Of a DNA stretch of 64,000 bases, positions 23,734 to 34,242 are shown in pieces. The position numbers and the translations under genes are program-made. Numbering within the stretch: the stretch's first letter is position 1; the number at the start of each line of letters is the position of its first letter. The notes under the pieces were generated by a model. It searched no databases. It saw nothing but the letters and a program-made list of their open reading frames with translations, and was not told the origin of the DNA. Source of the stretch: Cyanophora paradoxa CCMP329 (lineage: Eukaryota; Plantae; Glaucophyta). The DNA lies in NCBI GenBank assembly GCA_004431415.1, contig QPMI01000258.1, forward strand, positions 1 to 64,000, in the 5' to 3' direction.

Positions 23734-24430
23734 AGGGTCATGCCATAATGCAGATCATCGGATCCGATTATTGTCACAGCTGCAGTCACTGAGTGGTGCC
23801 TTGCCATGATGATCAGCCCGGCGTGCCATGCCTGCAGCTGGCGTCGGCTGCACTGCACTGCAGCCAGGAAGCCCCGATCATGAGCCTGCAGCTGGCACCC
23901 TGCTTACCTTGGCAGCCTGGCAGGCAGCGCGGCCGCTGATCATGAGCTCTGGCCCGGTGGCAGGCTGACAACGCCGTGACGGATTGTCATGATCAAGGCA
24001 TGCCCCCCTGCTCGGCTGATCGCGATGATCAAGGCATGCACCCCTAGGCCTGATCCTCGCGATCGGCTGATCCCCTGACTATCTTGACCATGACGGACTT
24101 CCTCGGCTGATCATCGGATCACGATGATCATCGGATGATGATGATGATCATGATCCGATGATCATCGGATCAGTGAATTGCATAGCCTAGCTATAGCTAT
24201 AGGCCTAGGCCTTGTCCAAGTTGAAGTTGCCAATTGCAAATTGAGCGCTGCGATCCTGCTTCAAGCTTTGCATCCGATGATCCACCGGCGGAAGTACGGC
24301 AGCGGCAGCAGCTCCGGATCTGAGGCTCAGCGGCTGCAGCTAGCATCTTTCCATTAATGGGATTATGCGGGCCCGGGGTCGACATTCAACGGCTCAGCGG
24401 TTGAAGCTTCATGTTTCATGGTTTCTTTTC
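23734..24430. other. Lower-GC intergenic block rich in short palindromes (GATC, CATG, TGCA, AGCT) with an (ATG/ATC)-like microsatellite
   Basis: For example GATGATCATCGGATGATGATGATGATCATGATCCGATGATCATCGGATC and TAGCCTAGCTATAGCTATAGGCCTAGGCC; lies between convergent genes. Confidence 0.6.
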
Positions 24431-24541
24431 TGAATGAAAAACTGCGGGGAGAAGAAAGGGGATGGAGGAATTCGAAGGAGTCGGGGTGGCGGGGCGGGGG
24501 GCCGCGGCCGGCGCCGCAGCGGGGGCCTGGGCCTCGCTGAG

Positions 24542-27075
24542 TCAGTCGCGGTCGAGAAAGCGGCGGGTGAGGAAGTCGAGGAGCGCCTGCGCGTCCTCCA
24601 CGCTGTTCATGTACCCGAAGGAGACGCGCACGGCCCCCGTCGGGCGCTCCACCGCCGGCGCCTTCTCCGTGCTGCACGTCTCCCCCTGCCGCGCCCGCTC
24701 CTTCACCTCCTCGCTGCTCACGTTCACCAGCCGCTTGCTGCCCGCCCCCGCGCGGTTGACGTTGCGCGCCCGCGTCAGGCCGCGACGAGGGTGGAGGCGG
24801 CGCCCTGCGGAGGCGGCTGCGCGCACCAGGCCCCGGGGTTGCAGAAGCAGCCGGACTGCGGTGGGCGAGTGGGTCGGGAGGGGGCGCGCGGGGGCGGCTC
24901 GGGCGGGGCGGGGGCGGGGGCGGACGCGGAGGGAGATGTTGGCGTCGCGCGCCGCCGCCTCGACGGTCGCGTGCCCCACGAAGCGCCCGTCCCGCCGCAG
25001 CACGTTGAAGGTCACCACCGGGCCCTGGGCCCCCGTGAGACGCGCGGCCGGCTGCCGGGGCGGGCGGGCGGGGCGGGGCGGGGGCACGTGGAGGGCGACG
25101 AAATCGGGGAGGTGGCGGGCGGCGAACGGGTCCCCGCCCTGCCCCGCCGCGTGCCCCGCGGGCGGCCAGTCGGTGTAGAGCCGCGCAAAGGGCGCCCCGT
25201 TCGAGTGCCGCAGGGCGCTCAGGCGGCCCATCGTCCACAGCGCCAGGGCCCCCGTGTGCCTGCGCCGGCGCCGCGCCGCTCGCCACCGGCGGCGAGCGGG
25301 GCGGCATGGGGCGGGGCGGGGCGGGCGGGGGCACCGCTGGATGGCGGGCATGCCGAGGGCGCGCATGCGGGCGAAGCCGAAGCGGGAGGCGGCGACGCCG
25401 AGGAAGTTCGTCGTCCCTGCCCGCCCCGCGCCCCCGTGAGCGTCAGGGCCCGGCGGGGTCGGGGGTCGGGGGGCGGACCGTCCTCGAAGCGGGCGGCGGT
25501 GCCCTCGCGGAGGACGTGGAAGCGCTCCTCCGCCAGGCTACCCGCCACCGTGCCCCTGCCCGCCCCGCCTCGCCCCCCGCACGCCGCAAGGCCGAGCCGT
25601 CCGGGGCCGCGCACCCGCCGAAGTAGGTCCGGCGCAGGAGCGGCGCCGCGTTGTACCGCACGAGGAGCGCGCCCACGCCCGTGGGGTACCTGCTCTGACC
25701 GTGAGGGGGGGGGGGGGGGGGGGGGAGGGGCGCGGGGGCACCCGAAGAGCTTGTAGAAGGAGAGGGCGACGAAGTCGGCGGGGTACCGCGTCAGGTCCAG
25801 CGGCCCGCTCGCCGCCGCCTGCCCCGCGCCCCCTCAGCGCCCCCCGCAGCGGGGCTCGCGGGCAGGAGCGCGCCTTTGCGGCGTCGAGCAGGACGAGCCA
25901 GCGGCTGCCGCGCGCGGGCGGGCGTGAGGCGGGGGGGCGGAGGAGGGGGAGGAGGGGGGCGGGGGGCACCCCTTGGCGCGGTGGGCGAGGCGGCCGGCGC
26001 GGGCGCGGCGGATGATGCGGAGGTCGAACTTGGAGCCGCTGAGGTTGCACTCGGCGGGGAGGGCGAGGAGGTGGAAGGGGCCCTCCTCCTCGGCCCCCGC
26101 CCCCGCCGCCCTCGCCGCCCCCGCGGGGGCCCCCTCCTCGTCGGCCCCGGCGCCCGGCCCGCCGAGGCCGAGCTCCTCGAGGAGCTCGCGGTAGGGGACC
26201 GCCTCGAAGCTCGCCCCGCGCTCCGCCGCCACCTCCCGCACCCCTGCCGCCCCGTGAGAAGAAGGCGGGGCGGCCCGGGCGGGGGCCCCGCACCGACGAC
26301 CGAGTTGTGGTTCTCGAGGGTGTAGATGAACTTCGAGCCCGGGCCCCAGGGGAACGACTCGGCGACCGCTTTTATCGCCCCCGTCGCCCCGCTCGTGAAG
26401 ACCGGCGTGTAGTCCCGCAGGCTGCGCCGCGCGCGAGCGGCTCGGGTGGGCGGTCCTGCGCCCCACGCGGGGCGCACGGGGAGGCGGCGGCACCTCGTGT
26501 GGAAGAACTCGGTCGTCGCGATGCGCACTGCCGGCGCGTCAATCCGGGGGCGCGCGGCGACGCAGTCGCGGGGCCCGCAGCGCACTCTCCTCGAGCCGAT
26601 CCTCGCTGCATACGCCGCTAGCCGACTGCGAGTGCGGGTTCCTGCGCGTCGCCCGCCGTCAGCACGCTCGGCACGCCGCGCTCGCACGAAGTCACCCGTA
26701 GACGTGCGTGGCGAGGTCATCGGCCGCCGCGCGCACGTCGGATTCCGCGTACAGTCCCGCCCCGGCGTAGTCCAGGTAGCTGCGCGCGCGACGTTGGCGG
26801 CTCGGCCCCGGGCGCGCGTGCTCGCGCTGCGAAGGCTCTGGACGTCAAACTCGAAAATGCATGATCACTTACACGGAGCCCGTCTTGGCGAGCCTGGAAA
26901 ACTCTTTCTCGCGTAACGAGTCAATGTGACCTATGTACGCCCCGCCGAAGTCTTGCAGAAAGCGCTGCCTCTCGCCGCTGTGGCTGTACGCACGGACGCC
27001 CAAGAACAGGGCGACGGCCGCGAGTGCGAGCAAGAGCGCGAGTGGCTTGCTGAAAATCCGCAACCTTGCCAGCAT
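24542..27075 (-). CDS. Molybdenum cofactor sulfurase-like (NifS/class V PLP domain only) with N-terminal hydrophobic segment, multi-exon
   Basis: YLDYAGAGLY, YGNPHS, VFTSGAT, ENHNSVVG, PAECNLSG, VLLDAAK, DFVALSFYKLFGYPTG (PLP Lys), RFEDG, GCFCNPG, GAVRVSFGYM; TGA follows shortly at 24542-24544. Confidence 0.88.
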
Positions 27076-29137
27076 ACTGCTTCTACGGCGCAGCCGCGCC
27101 GGCCGTAGCGCCTCGCGGCTCCACGCCAGAGCGTGCAGCGCCGTCTCTGCAATTATGAGTGATCTGCGCGGTTCTCCCAAACCTTCCTCCAGAGCGCCCT
27201 CGGGTCGTCGCTAGGGCTTTCGTAGCACCCCCCCTGCGTTCGTAGCAACAGTCACGACAAACGTGCACGTCCGCCGCCTCCAGAACCGCGTCTTTAGCTT
27301 CCCGAGTATTTGTCGGCGGCCTGTCGGGCCGCGAGCGAGCCAGGCGTCTTGACTGTTTGCCATCCACGTGCTGCGAACGAAGTACTCGGTCGTCGCGATG
27401 CGCACTGCCGGCGCGTCAATCCGGGGGCGCGCGGCGACGCAGTCGCGGGGCCCGCAGCGCACTCTCCTCGAGCCGATCCTCGCTGCATACGCCGCTAGCC
27501 GACTGCGAGTGCGGGTTCCTGCGCGTCGCCCGCCGTCAGCACGCTCGGCACGCCGCGCTCGCACGAAGTCACCCGTAGACGTGCGTGGCGAGGTCATCGG
27601 CCGCCGCGCGCACGTCGGATTCCGCGTACAGTCCCGCCCCGGCGTAGTCCAGGTAGCTGCGCGCGCGACGTTGGCGGCTCGGCCCCGGGCGCGCGTGCTC
27701 GCGCTGCGAAGGCTCTGGACGTCAAACTCGAAAATGCATGATCACTTACACGGAGCCCGTCTTGGCGAGCCTGGAAAACTCTTTCTCGCGTAACGAGTCA
27801 ATGTGACCTATGTACGCCCCGCCGAAGTCTTGCAGAAAGCGCTGCCTCTCGCCGCTGTGGCTGTACGCACGGACGCCCAAGAACAGGGCGACGGCCGCGA
27901 GTGCGAGCAAGAGCGCGAGTGGCTTGCTGAAAATCCGCAACCTTGCCAGCATACTGCTTCTACGGCGCAGCCGCGCCGGCCGTAGCGCCTCGCGGCTCCA
28001 CGCCAGAGCGTGCAGCGCCGTCTCTGCAATTATGAGTGATCTGCGCGGTTCTCCCAAACCTTCCTCCAGAGCGCCCTCGGGTCGTCGCTAGGGCTTTCGT
28101 AGCACCCCCCCTGCGTTCGTAGCAACAGTCACGACAAACGTGCACGTCCGCCGCCTCCAGAACCGCGTCTTTAGCTTCCCGAGTATTTGTCGGCGGCCTG
28201 TCGGGCCGCGAGCGAGCCAGGCGTCTTGACTGTTTGCCATCCACGTGCTGCGAACGAAGTACTCGGTCGTCGCGATGCGCACTGCCGGCGCGTCAATCCG
28301 GGGGCGCGCGGCGACGCAGTCGCGGGGCCCGCAGCGCACTCTCCTCGAGCCGATCCTCGCTGCATACGCCGCTAGCCGACTGCGAGTGCGGGTTCCTGCG
28401 CGTCGCCCGCCGTCAGCACGCTCGGCACGCCGCGCTCGCACGAAGTCACCCGTAGACGTGCGTGGCGAGGTCATCGGCCGCCGCGCGCACGTCGGATTCC
28501 GCGTACAGTCCCGCCCCGGCGTAGTCCAGGTAGCTGCGCGCGCGACGTTGGCGGCTCGGCCCCGGGCGCGCGTGCTCGCGCTGCGAAGGCTCTGGACGTC
28601 AAACTCGAAAATGCATGATCACTTACACGGAGCCCGTCTTGGCGAGCCTGGAAAACTCTTTCTCGCGTAACGAGTCAATGTGACCTATGTACGCCCCGCC
28701 GAAGTCTTGCAGAAAGCGCTGCCTCTCGCCGCTGTGGCTGTACGCACGGACGCCCAAGAACAGGGCGACGGCCGCGAGTGCGAGCAAGAGCGCGAGTGGC
28801 TTGCTGAAAATCCGCAACCTTGCCAGCATACTGCTTCTACGGCGCAGCCGCGCCGGCCGTAGCGCCTCGCGGCTCCACGCCAGAGCGTGCAGCGCCGTCT
28901 CTGCAATTATGAGTGATCTGCGCGGTTCTCCCAAACCTTCCTCCAGAGCGCCCTCGGGTCGTCGCTAGGGCTTTCGTAGCACCCCCCCTGCGTTCGTAGC
29001 AACAGTCACGACAAACGTGCACGTCCGCCGCCTCCAGAACCGCGTCTTTAGCTTCCCGAGTATTTGTCGGCGGCCTGTCGGGCCGCGAGCGAGCCAGGCG
29101 TCTTGACTGTTTGCCATCCACGTGCTGCGAACGAAGT
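26507..29137. repeat. Tandem triplication, 3 x 877 bp, of the promoter and first exons of the MOCOS-like gene
   Basis: Units start at 26507, 27384 and 28261 (ACTCGGTCGTCGCGATG); the ORF track repeats identically with an 877 offset. Confidence 0.97.
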
Positions 29138-29432
29138 TCTGGCTCCTCGTGCAAGTAGTGCCAAGTACCGTGCAACAGGTTGCATCTTCCGGCCGCAAGC
29201 TGTGTTTCATCGCAATACTGGTTACGCAGCCGTCACGCGAAAGCGGGGACCAGCCAGCCCGTGCACGGCCTGGTTCGACGGTTGCGCTGGGGGATCAGGG
29301 GAATTCCTAGCAGCAGCTGGAAGGAGTATAGCAACTCTTCGTTCGTACCAATGAAGGGCCTATGACCTACTGAGCGGCCTCGGAGGCTTCGACGGTGCAA
29401 GGACGGGGAGCGTGTTCCCGACGGCCGGCAGC

Positions 29433-32400
29433 ATGTCGCACTCTCCTGTTCCCATAAGCATTCCGGGCGCGAGACGGAGCTGGTCGGATGCCGCCGAGCA
29501 CCCCGGACAGCACGTCCCGCTGATGCGTCCGCTCAACGCAGCGCCGCCCTCCGGCATCTCGTGCGCACCGTGCCGTCCTGCGACGCGCCGAATCCGCCCG
29601 TGACGGTCGCGCAGGACGCTTGTGGCCGCCGGCACCCGCTCCTCTGACCTCCTGCTCCCACCGCTGAACTCGCCGCAGCCGCACTTCGTGCCCATCTCGG
29701 CCCCCAGCAGCCTGCCGAACCTGGGCGCGCTCTCCCCGCGGCGGAGCCACTCGCCCGCGGCGCCCGGCGGGCAGACGCCCGGGAACAGCTCGCCGCCGCT
29801 CTTTTCGCAGGGGCGGCACCTGTCGCCCACGCCGCAGAGCCGCTCGCTGAATGCGAAGCAGTGCCGGAGCCCCTCGCTGCGGGGGCAGGAGGCGGCCGAG
29901 GGCGAGGGCCTGCACGCGGCGCTGGCGCGCAGCGAGGCGCGCATCGCCGCCCTCGAGCACGAGCTCGCCGAGGCGCGGGCCGCCGCGCACGTCGGCCGCC
30001 TCTGCCTCGCCTCGCCGGCGGCGGCGGTGGCGCTGGACGGCGCGGGCGGGTCTCGCTGTGGAGCCGCGGGGCGGAGCGGGCGACGGGCGTGCTCGCCGTG
30101 GAGGCGCAGGGGCGCCCCTTCCTCGAGGAGCTCGTCGCCCCCGAGGGCCGCGAGCGCGGCCGCGACGCCCTCGCCGCCGCCGCCTCCGCCGACGCGCCCC
30201 CGGCGAGGTCCTCCTCCCCGTGCGCGCCCCCGGGCCGACGGCCCGGGCCGGGACCTCCGCCTGGTCGCCGCCGCGCACGCCGGCGCCGGCGGCCTGCCCC
30301 CGGGCCTCTTCCTCCTCGGCCTCGTGCGCCCCTGCGCATCCCCTCGCCCCCGCCCGTCCAGCGTACCCACCGCGCCCCCGCAGGACTCGACCGAGGCGCA
30401 GCGGGGCGTGCACCTCCTCATGGGCTCCGTCGCCCACGAGATGCGGAGTGCGTGGTCCCTCCGCGCGGGGCGCGGCTCGGGGTGGCGGGGGCGGGGGCCT
30501 GACGCGGGGGCAGCGCCGCTGAACCACGTGCTGAGCGCCCTCCAGCTCGTCGCCCTCAAGCCCGACCTCGAGCCCGAGACGGCGCGCCGCCGCCCCCGCA
30601 CCCCGCCCCGCCCCGCCCCTCTGAGCGCACCGCAGGTGGAGTACCTGCGGATCGCGGAGGGGGCGGCCGGCCACCTGCTGAAGCTGGTGAACGACCTGGT
30701 GGAGGGGGCGCGGGCGGAGTACGGGGCCGGGCCGCCGCCGAAGCGGGAGCCGTTCGACCCGCGGGCGCTGGTGGAGGAGGTGGCGTCGGCCTCGGCGCTG
30801 GCGGCGCAGCAGAAGGGCCTCGAGGTCGTCGTCCGCGTCCTCGAGGACGAGGAGCCCGAGGGCGCCGCGGGGGACGAGGAGCCCGACTCGCCGCCGGCCG
30901 CCGCCGACGAGGAGGAGGAGGGGGAGGATGCGGGCGAAGAGGCCCCCGGGGGACGGGCGGTGGGGCGGCGGAAGGCGAGCGCGGCGTCGACGGCGAGCAG
31001 CGGGCCGGGGCTGGCGCGGGGCCCGCAGCTGCGTGTGCCCCGCCGCGTCGCCGGCGACGTCGACCGCATCCGCCAGTGCATCATCAACCTCGTCTCCAAG
31101 TGCCCCCGCCCCGCCCCGCCCGCGAGCTCGCCCCCCGCGCGCCCCCTCCGACCCCCCGCGGCGCCAGCGCGGTGAAGTGCACGGCGAGCGGCGAGGTCGA
31201 GATCACGCTCGAGGCGCGCGCGGGGGCGGGGCCCCCCGGGGCGCCCCGCCGCCCCGCCCTCTGCTTCTCCGTGCGGGACACGGGCCTTGGCATTTCGGCC
31301 GCCGAGCGCCACAAGCTCTTCACCCTGTTCTCCCAGCGCGCCCGCCCCGCCCGCCCCGCCCAGTCGCCGCCTCACCGCCTCGCGCCGGCAGGACGGACGC
31401 GACGCTCGACCGCAAGATCCCGGGGACGGGCCTCGGTCCGCCCCCTTCCTGGAGCCTCTCGCCATGGGCCGCCAGCTCCGCCCAGCTCACCCCCCGGCTC
31501 CCCGCAGGACTGGCGATCTCGCAGCGCCTCGCGCGCCGCATGGGCGGCGGCATCACCGTCGAGTCCGAGGCGGGCCGCGGCTCGGTCTTCACGCTGGCGG
31601 TGCCGCTGCTCGAGCTGAGCGCCGAGGAGACGGAGCGGGCGATCGAGATGGAGCGGGCCGGCTCCCTCTCGCGCCCCACCTCGGCGGCCACCACCCGCAG
31701 CGACGGCACCAGCCTCACCGCCTCGGACGTGCCCCTCCCGCCCCCGCCCGCCTCCGCCCTCGTCCTCGAGGAGAACGCCGCGGCGCGCTCCGCCCTCGCC
31801 GCCGCCCTGCGCGCCCGCGGCGTCTCCGCCGTCTGCCGCGCCGCCGCCGGCGAGGTTGGCCCCGCGCTGCCCCCCGCTGACGTGCTCCTCTTCGGGGTGC
31901 CGGCGGCCATCGTCGCCGCCTCGCCCGGCCCCGCCGCTGCCGCCGACGCCGCCCTCGCCGCCGTCCTCGCCGCGCGGGAGGCCCTCGCGGGGCCCGGCGG
32001 CGCCCGGGCACGGCGGCCTGCATCCTGCTCGCCCCCTACGCGCTCCTCGGCGACCTGCGCGCCCGCCTCGCCTTCGCCCGCCCCGGGCTCGCCCCGGGGA
32101 CCCCCTCGGGTCCGGCACGCCGCACCTCTCGCGGGGGCCCCGGCGTGCTGCTCCTCCCCAAGCCGCCCCGCTCGGCCGACCTCGAGCGGGCCCTCCGCGA
32201 GAGCGCCGCGTGGCTCGCCGAGGGCGCCGCGGGGCCGGCGCGCTGGCCCCGGCCTTCAACGAGGGCGACTCCCTGCGCCGCCTCGCCCTCGCCCACAGCC
32301 GCGGCCCGCCCCGCTCGCCCCGCCCGCCCCGCGCCCCGCCTCCTTCTCCGCCTTCCCCACCTCCCCGGGCCCCTTCTCGCCGCCCGTCGCCTACCCCTCA

Positions 32401-33872
32401 CCCCGGGCCCCCGCGACGGCCTCTCGGGCTTCTTCGGCGCCTCGAGGAGCCCGCGGGGGCGCAGGCCGGGGCGGGGGCGGGGCGGGGGCGGGCGGGGCGG
32501 CCTCAGGGCCTCCTCCTTCTCGTCGGGACGGGGGCGGGGCGGGGTCGCCGGCGAGCAGCTTCTGCGCCGGCAGCGCCTCGCAGCGCTCCTCCGTCGAGGC
32601 GCCCGCCCCGCCGCCCTCGCCCCCGCCATCCTCGACGCCCTCCGCCGCGGCCCCGCCGCCCCGCGCCGCGGCCCCGCCCCCGCGCCCGCCCCCGAGCGCC
32701 GCGGCTCCGACGGCGACCTCCCCCGGCCCCGCCTCGCCGGCCGCCGCCGCCCGCGCCGGCGCCCCCGCGAGCGGGGAGCGGCTCCCGCAGGGCCCCCTCA
32801 ACGCGGCGCCGGGGCCCCTCAACGCCACCCGATCCGCGTCAGCCCGCCCTCCGCCGCCGCCCCCGCCCCGCCGCCGAGGCGCCGCCGGAGCCGGCGGCGG
32901 CGGCGGCGGCAAAGCCGCGGCGGAGCCCGGTCCCCGAGCCGCTCGCGCTCGTCCACTCGGCGTCGGAGCCCTTCGCGGGGCCGAGCGGGGCGAGCGGGCC
33001 GAGCGGGCCGAGCGGGGCGAGCGGGCCGGGACCGGGGGCGGGGCCGCAGCGACAGCGGGCCCCCTCGGACGCCTCCGACCTGCTCGCGCACCCCGCGGGG
33101 CTGCGCGACGCGGGGGCCGCCCCCGGCCCCCCGCTCCGCGTCCTCATCGCCGACGACAACCGTGCGCCGCGCCCGCCCGGCCCCCCGCCGCGCCCTGCGC
33201 GGCCCTCACGCGGCGCAGCGATCAACGTGAAGCTGCTGCGGCGGTTCCTGGAGCGGGAGGGGTACAGCGTGGAGGCGGCGACGACGGGGACGGAGGCGGT
33301 GGCGGCCTTCCAGGAGGCCCTCCGCGGCGCCGGCGGCGCCCGCCCCTTCGACTGCTGCCTCCTCGACCTCTTCATGCCGGTCCCCCTCCTCCCCTCCCCC
33401 CGCACCCCGGCCCCGCCGCCCCCTGAGCCTCCGGGCCTCGCGCAGGGGCTGAGCGGGCAGGAGGCGGCGGAGCGGATGCGGGAGCTGGAGAAGGCGGCGG
33501 GGCGGCGGCGCACGCCGATCCTCGCCTGCACCGCCACCAACCTCCCCGCCGACCTCGCGCCCCTCGCCGACAGCATGGCCCGCCCCGCCCCGCTCCGCCC
33601 CGCCCCGCGCGGCGGCTCTGAGGGGGCGGGGCGGGGGCGCGCAGGACGACGTGCTGCCGAAGCCGGTTCGGAGTTCGCGACTCTACAGCGCCCTCCGCCG
33701 CTGGCTCCAACCGCGCCCCGGCCCCGCTCCGGGGCCCGCCTCCCCGCCCTCCCCGGCCCCCGGCGCCTCGCTCGAGCCCCCGAGCAACCCCGCCGCCCTC
33801 CGCGGGCGCGCCCGCTCGACCCCGGACTACCGCACCTCCCCGCTCCCACTCCCCGCCCACGACCACGCGTAG
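29433..33872 (+). CDS. Hybrid sensor histidine kinase: PAS, HisKA, HATPase, degenerate receiver, receiver; multi-exon
   Basis: PAS-like VALDGAG/RVSLWSRGAERATG..GRPFLEELV; H box VAHEMR/PLN; RIRQCIINLVSNAVK; VRDTGLGI; LFTLFSQ; GTGLGLAIS; receiver LRVLIADDN, LLDLFMP, PILACTA, LPKP. Confidence 0.92.
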
Positions 33873-34242
33873 GCACCGCGGGGCCCGCCCGCGCGAGCCC
33901 GCGCTCAGTACGGGGGCCCAGCCGGCTCCCGGACGAAGACCCGCGCATCTTTTCTCCTCAACGCCGCCCCGCGGCGCGCTGTACACCTATTCGCCTCGAA
34001 GTTGTGTGCATTCGCGCACTATCGCTCCCCGTGCAGATGTAGATAGAACCCTAGCAGCATCGAGCCCGGGCCCGCGCCCGGTCGCCAGCTCCTTTCGCAT
34101 TTCTATACAGACCGACTGCCCGCCGGCCATATCAAAGCTTCTATCGATAAAGTAACGCAGATGACAAACATTTTTTCTTACGTGCAGACAATTTGCTGAG
34201 TTCCAGTTATTCAATGTAGATATTCACAGTAGTCATGCCGCC

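Noticed and set aside
26507-29137. 877-bp repeats as LTRs or a CRISPR-like array
   Set aside because: The units are contiguous, have no spacers or TG...CA ends, and consist of host gene sequence.
32978-33022. 9-bp coding repeat (GPS/GAS x5) in the His kinase linker
   Set aside because: Ordinary slippage in a disordered linker.
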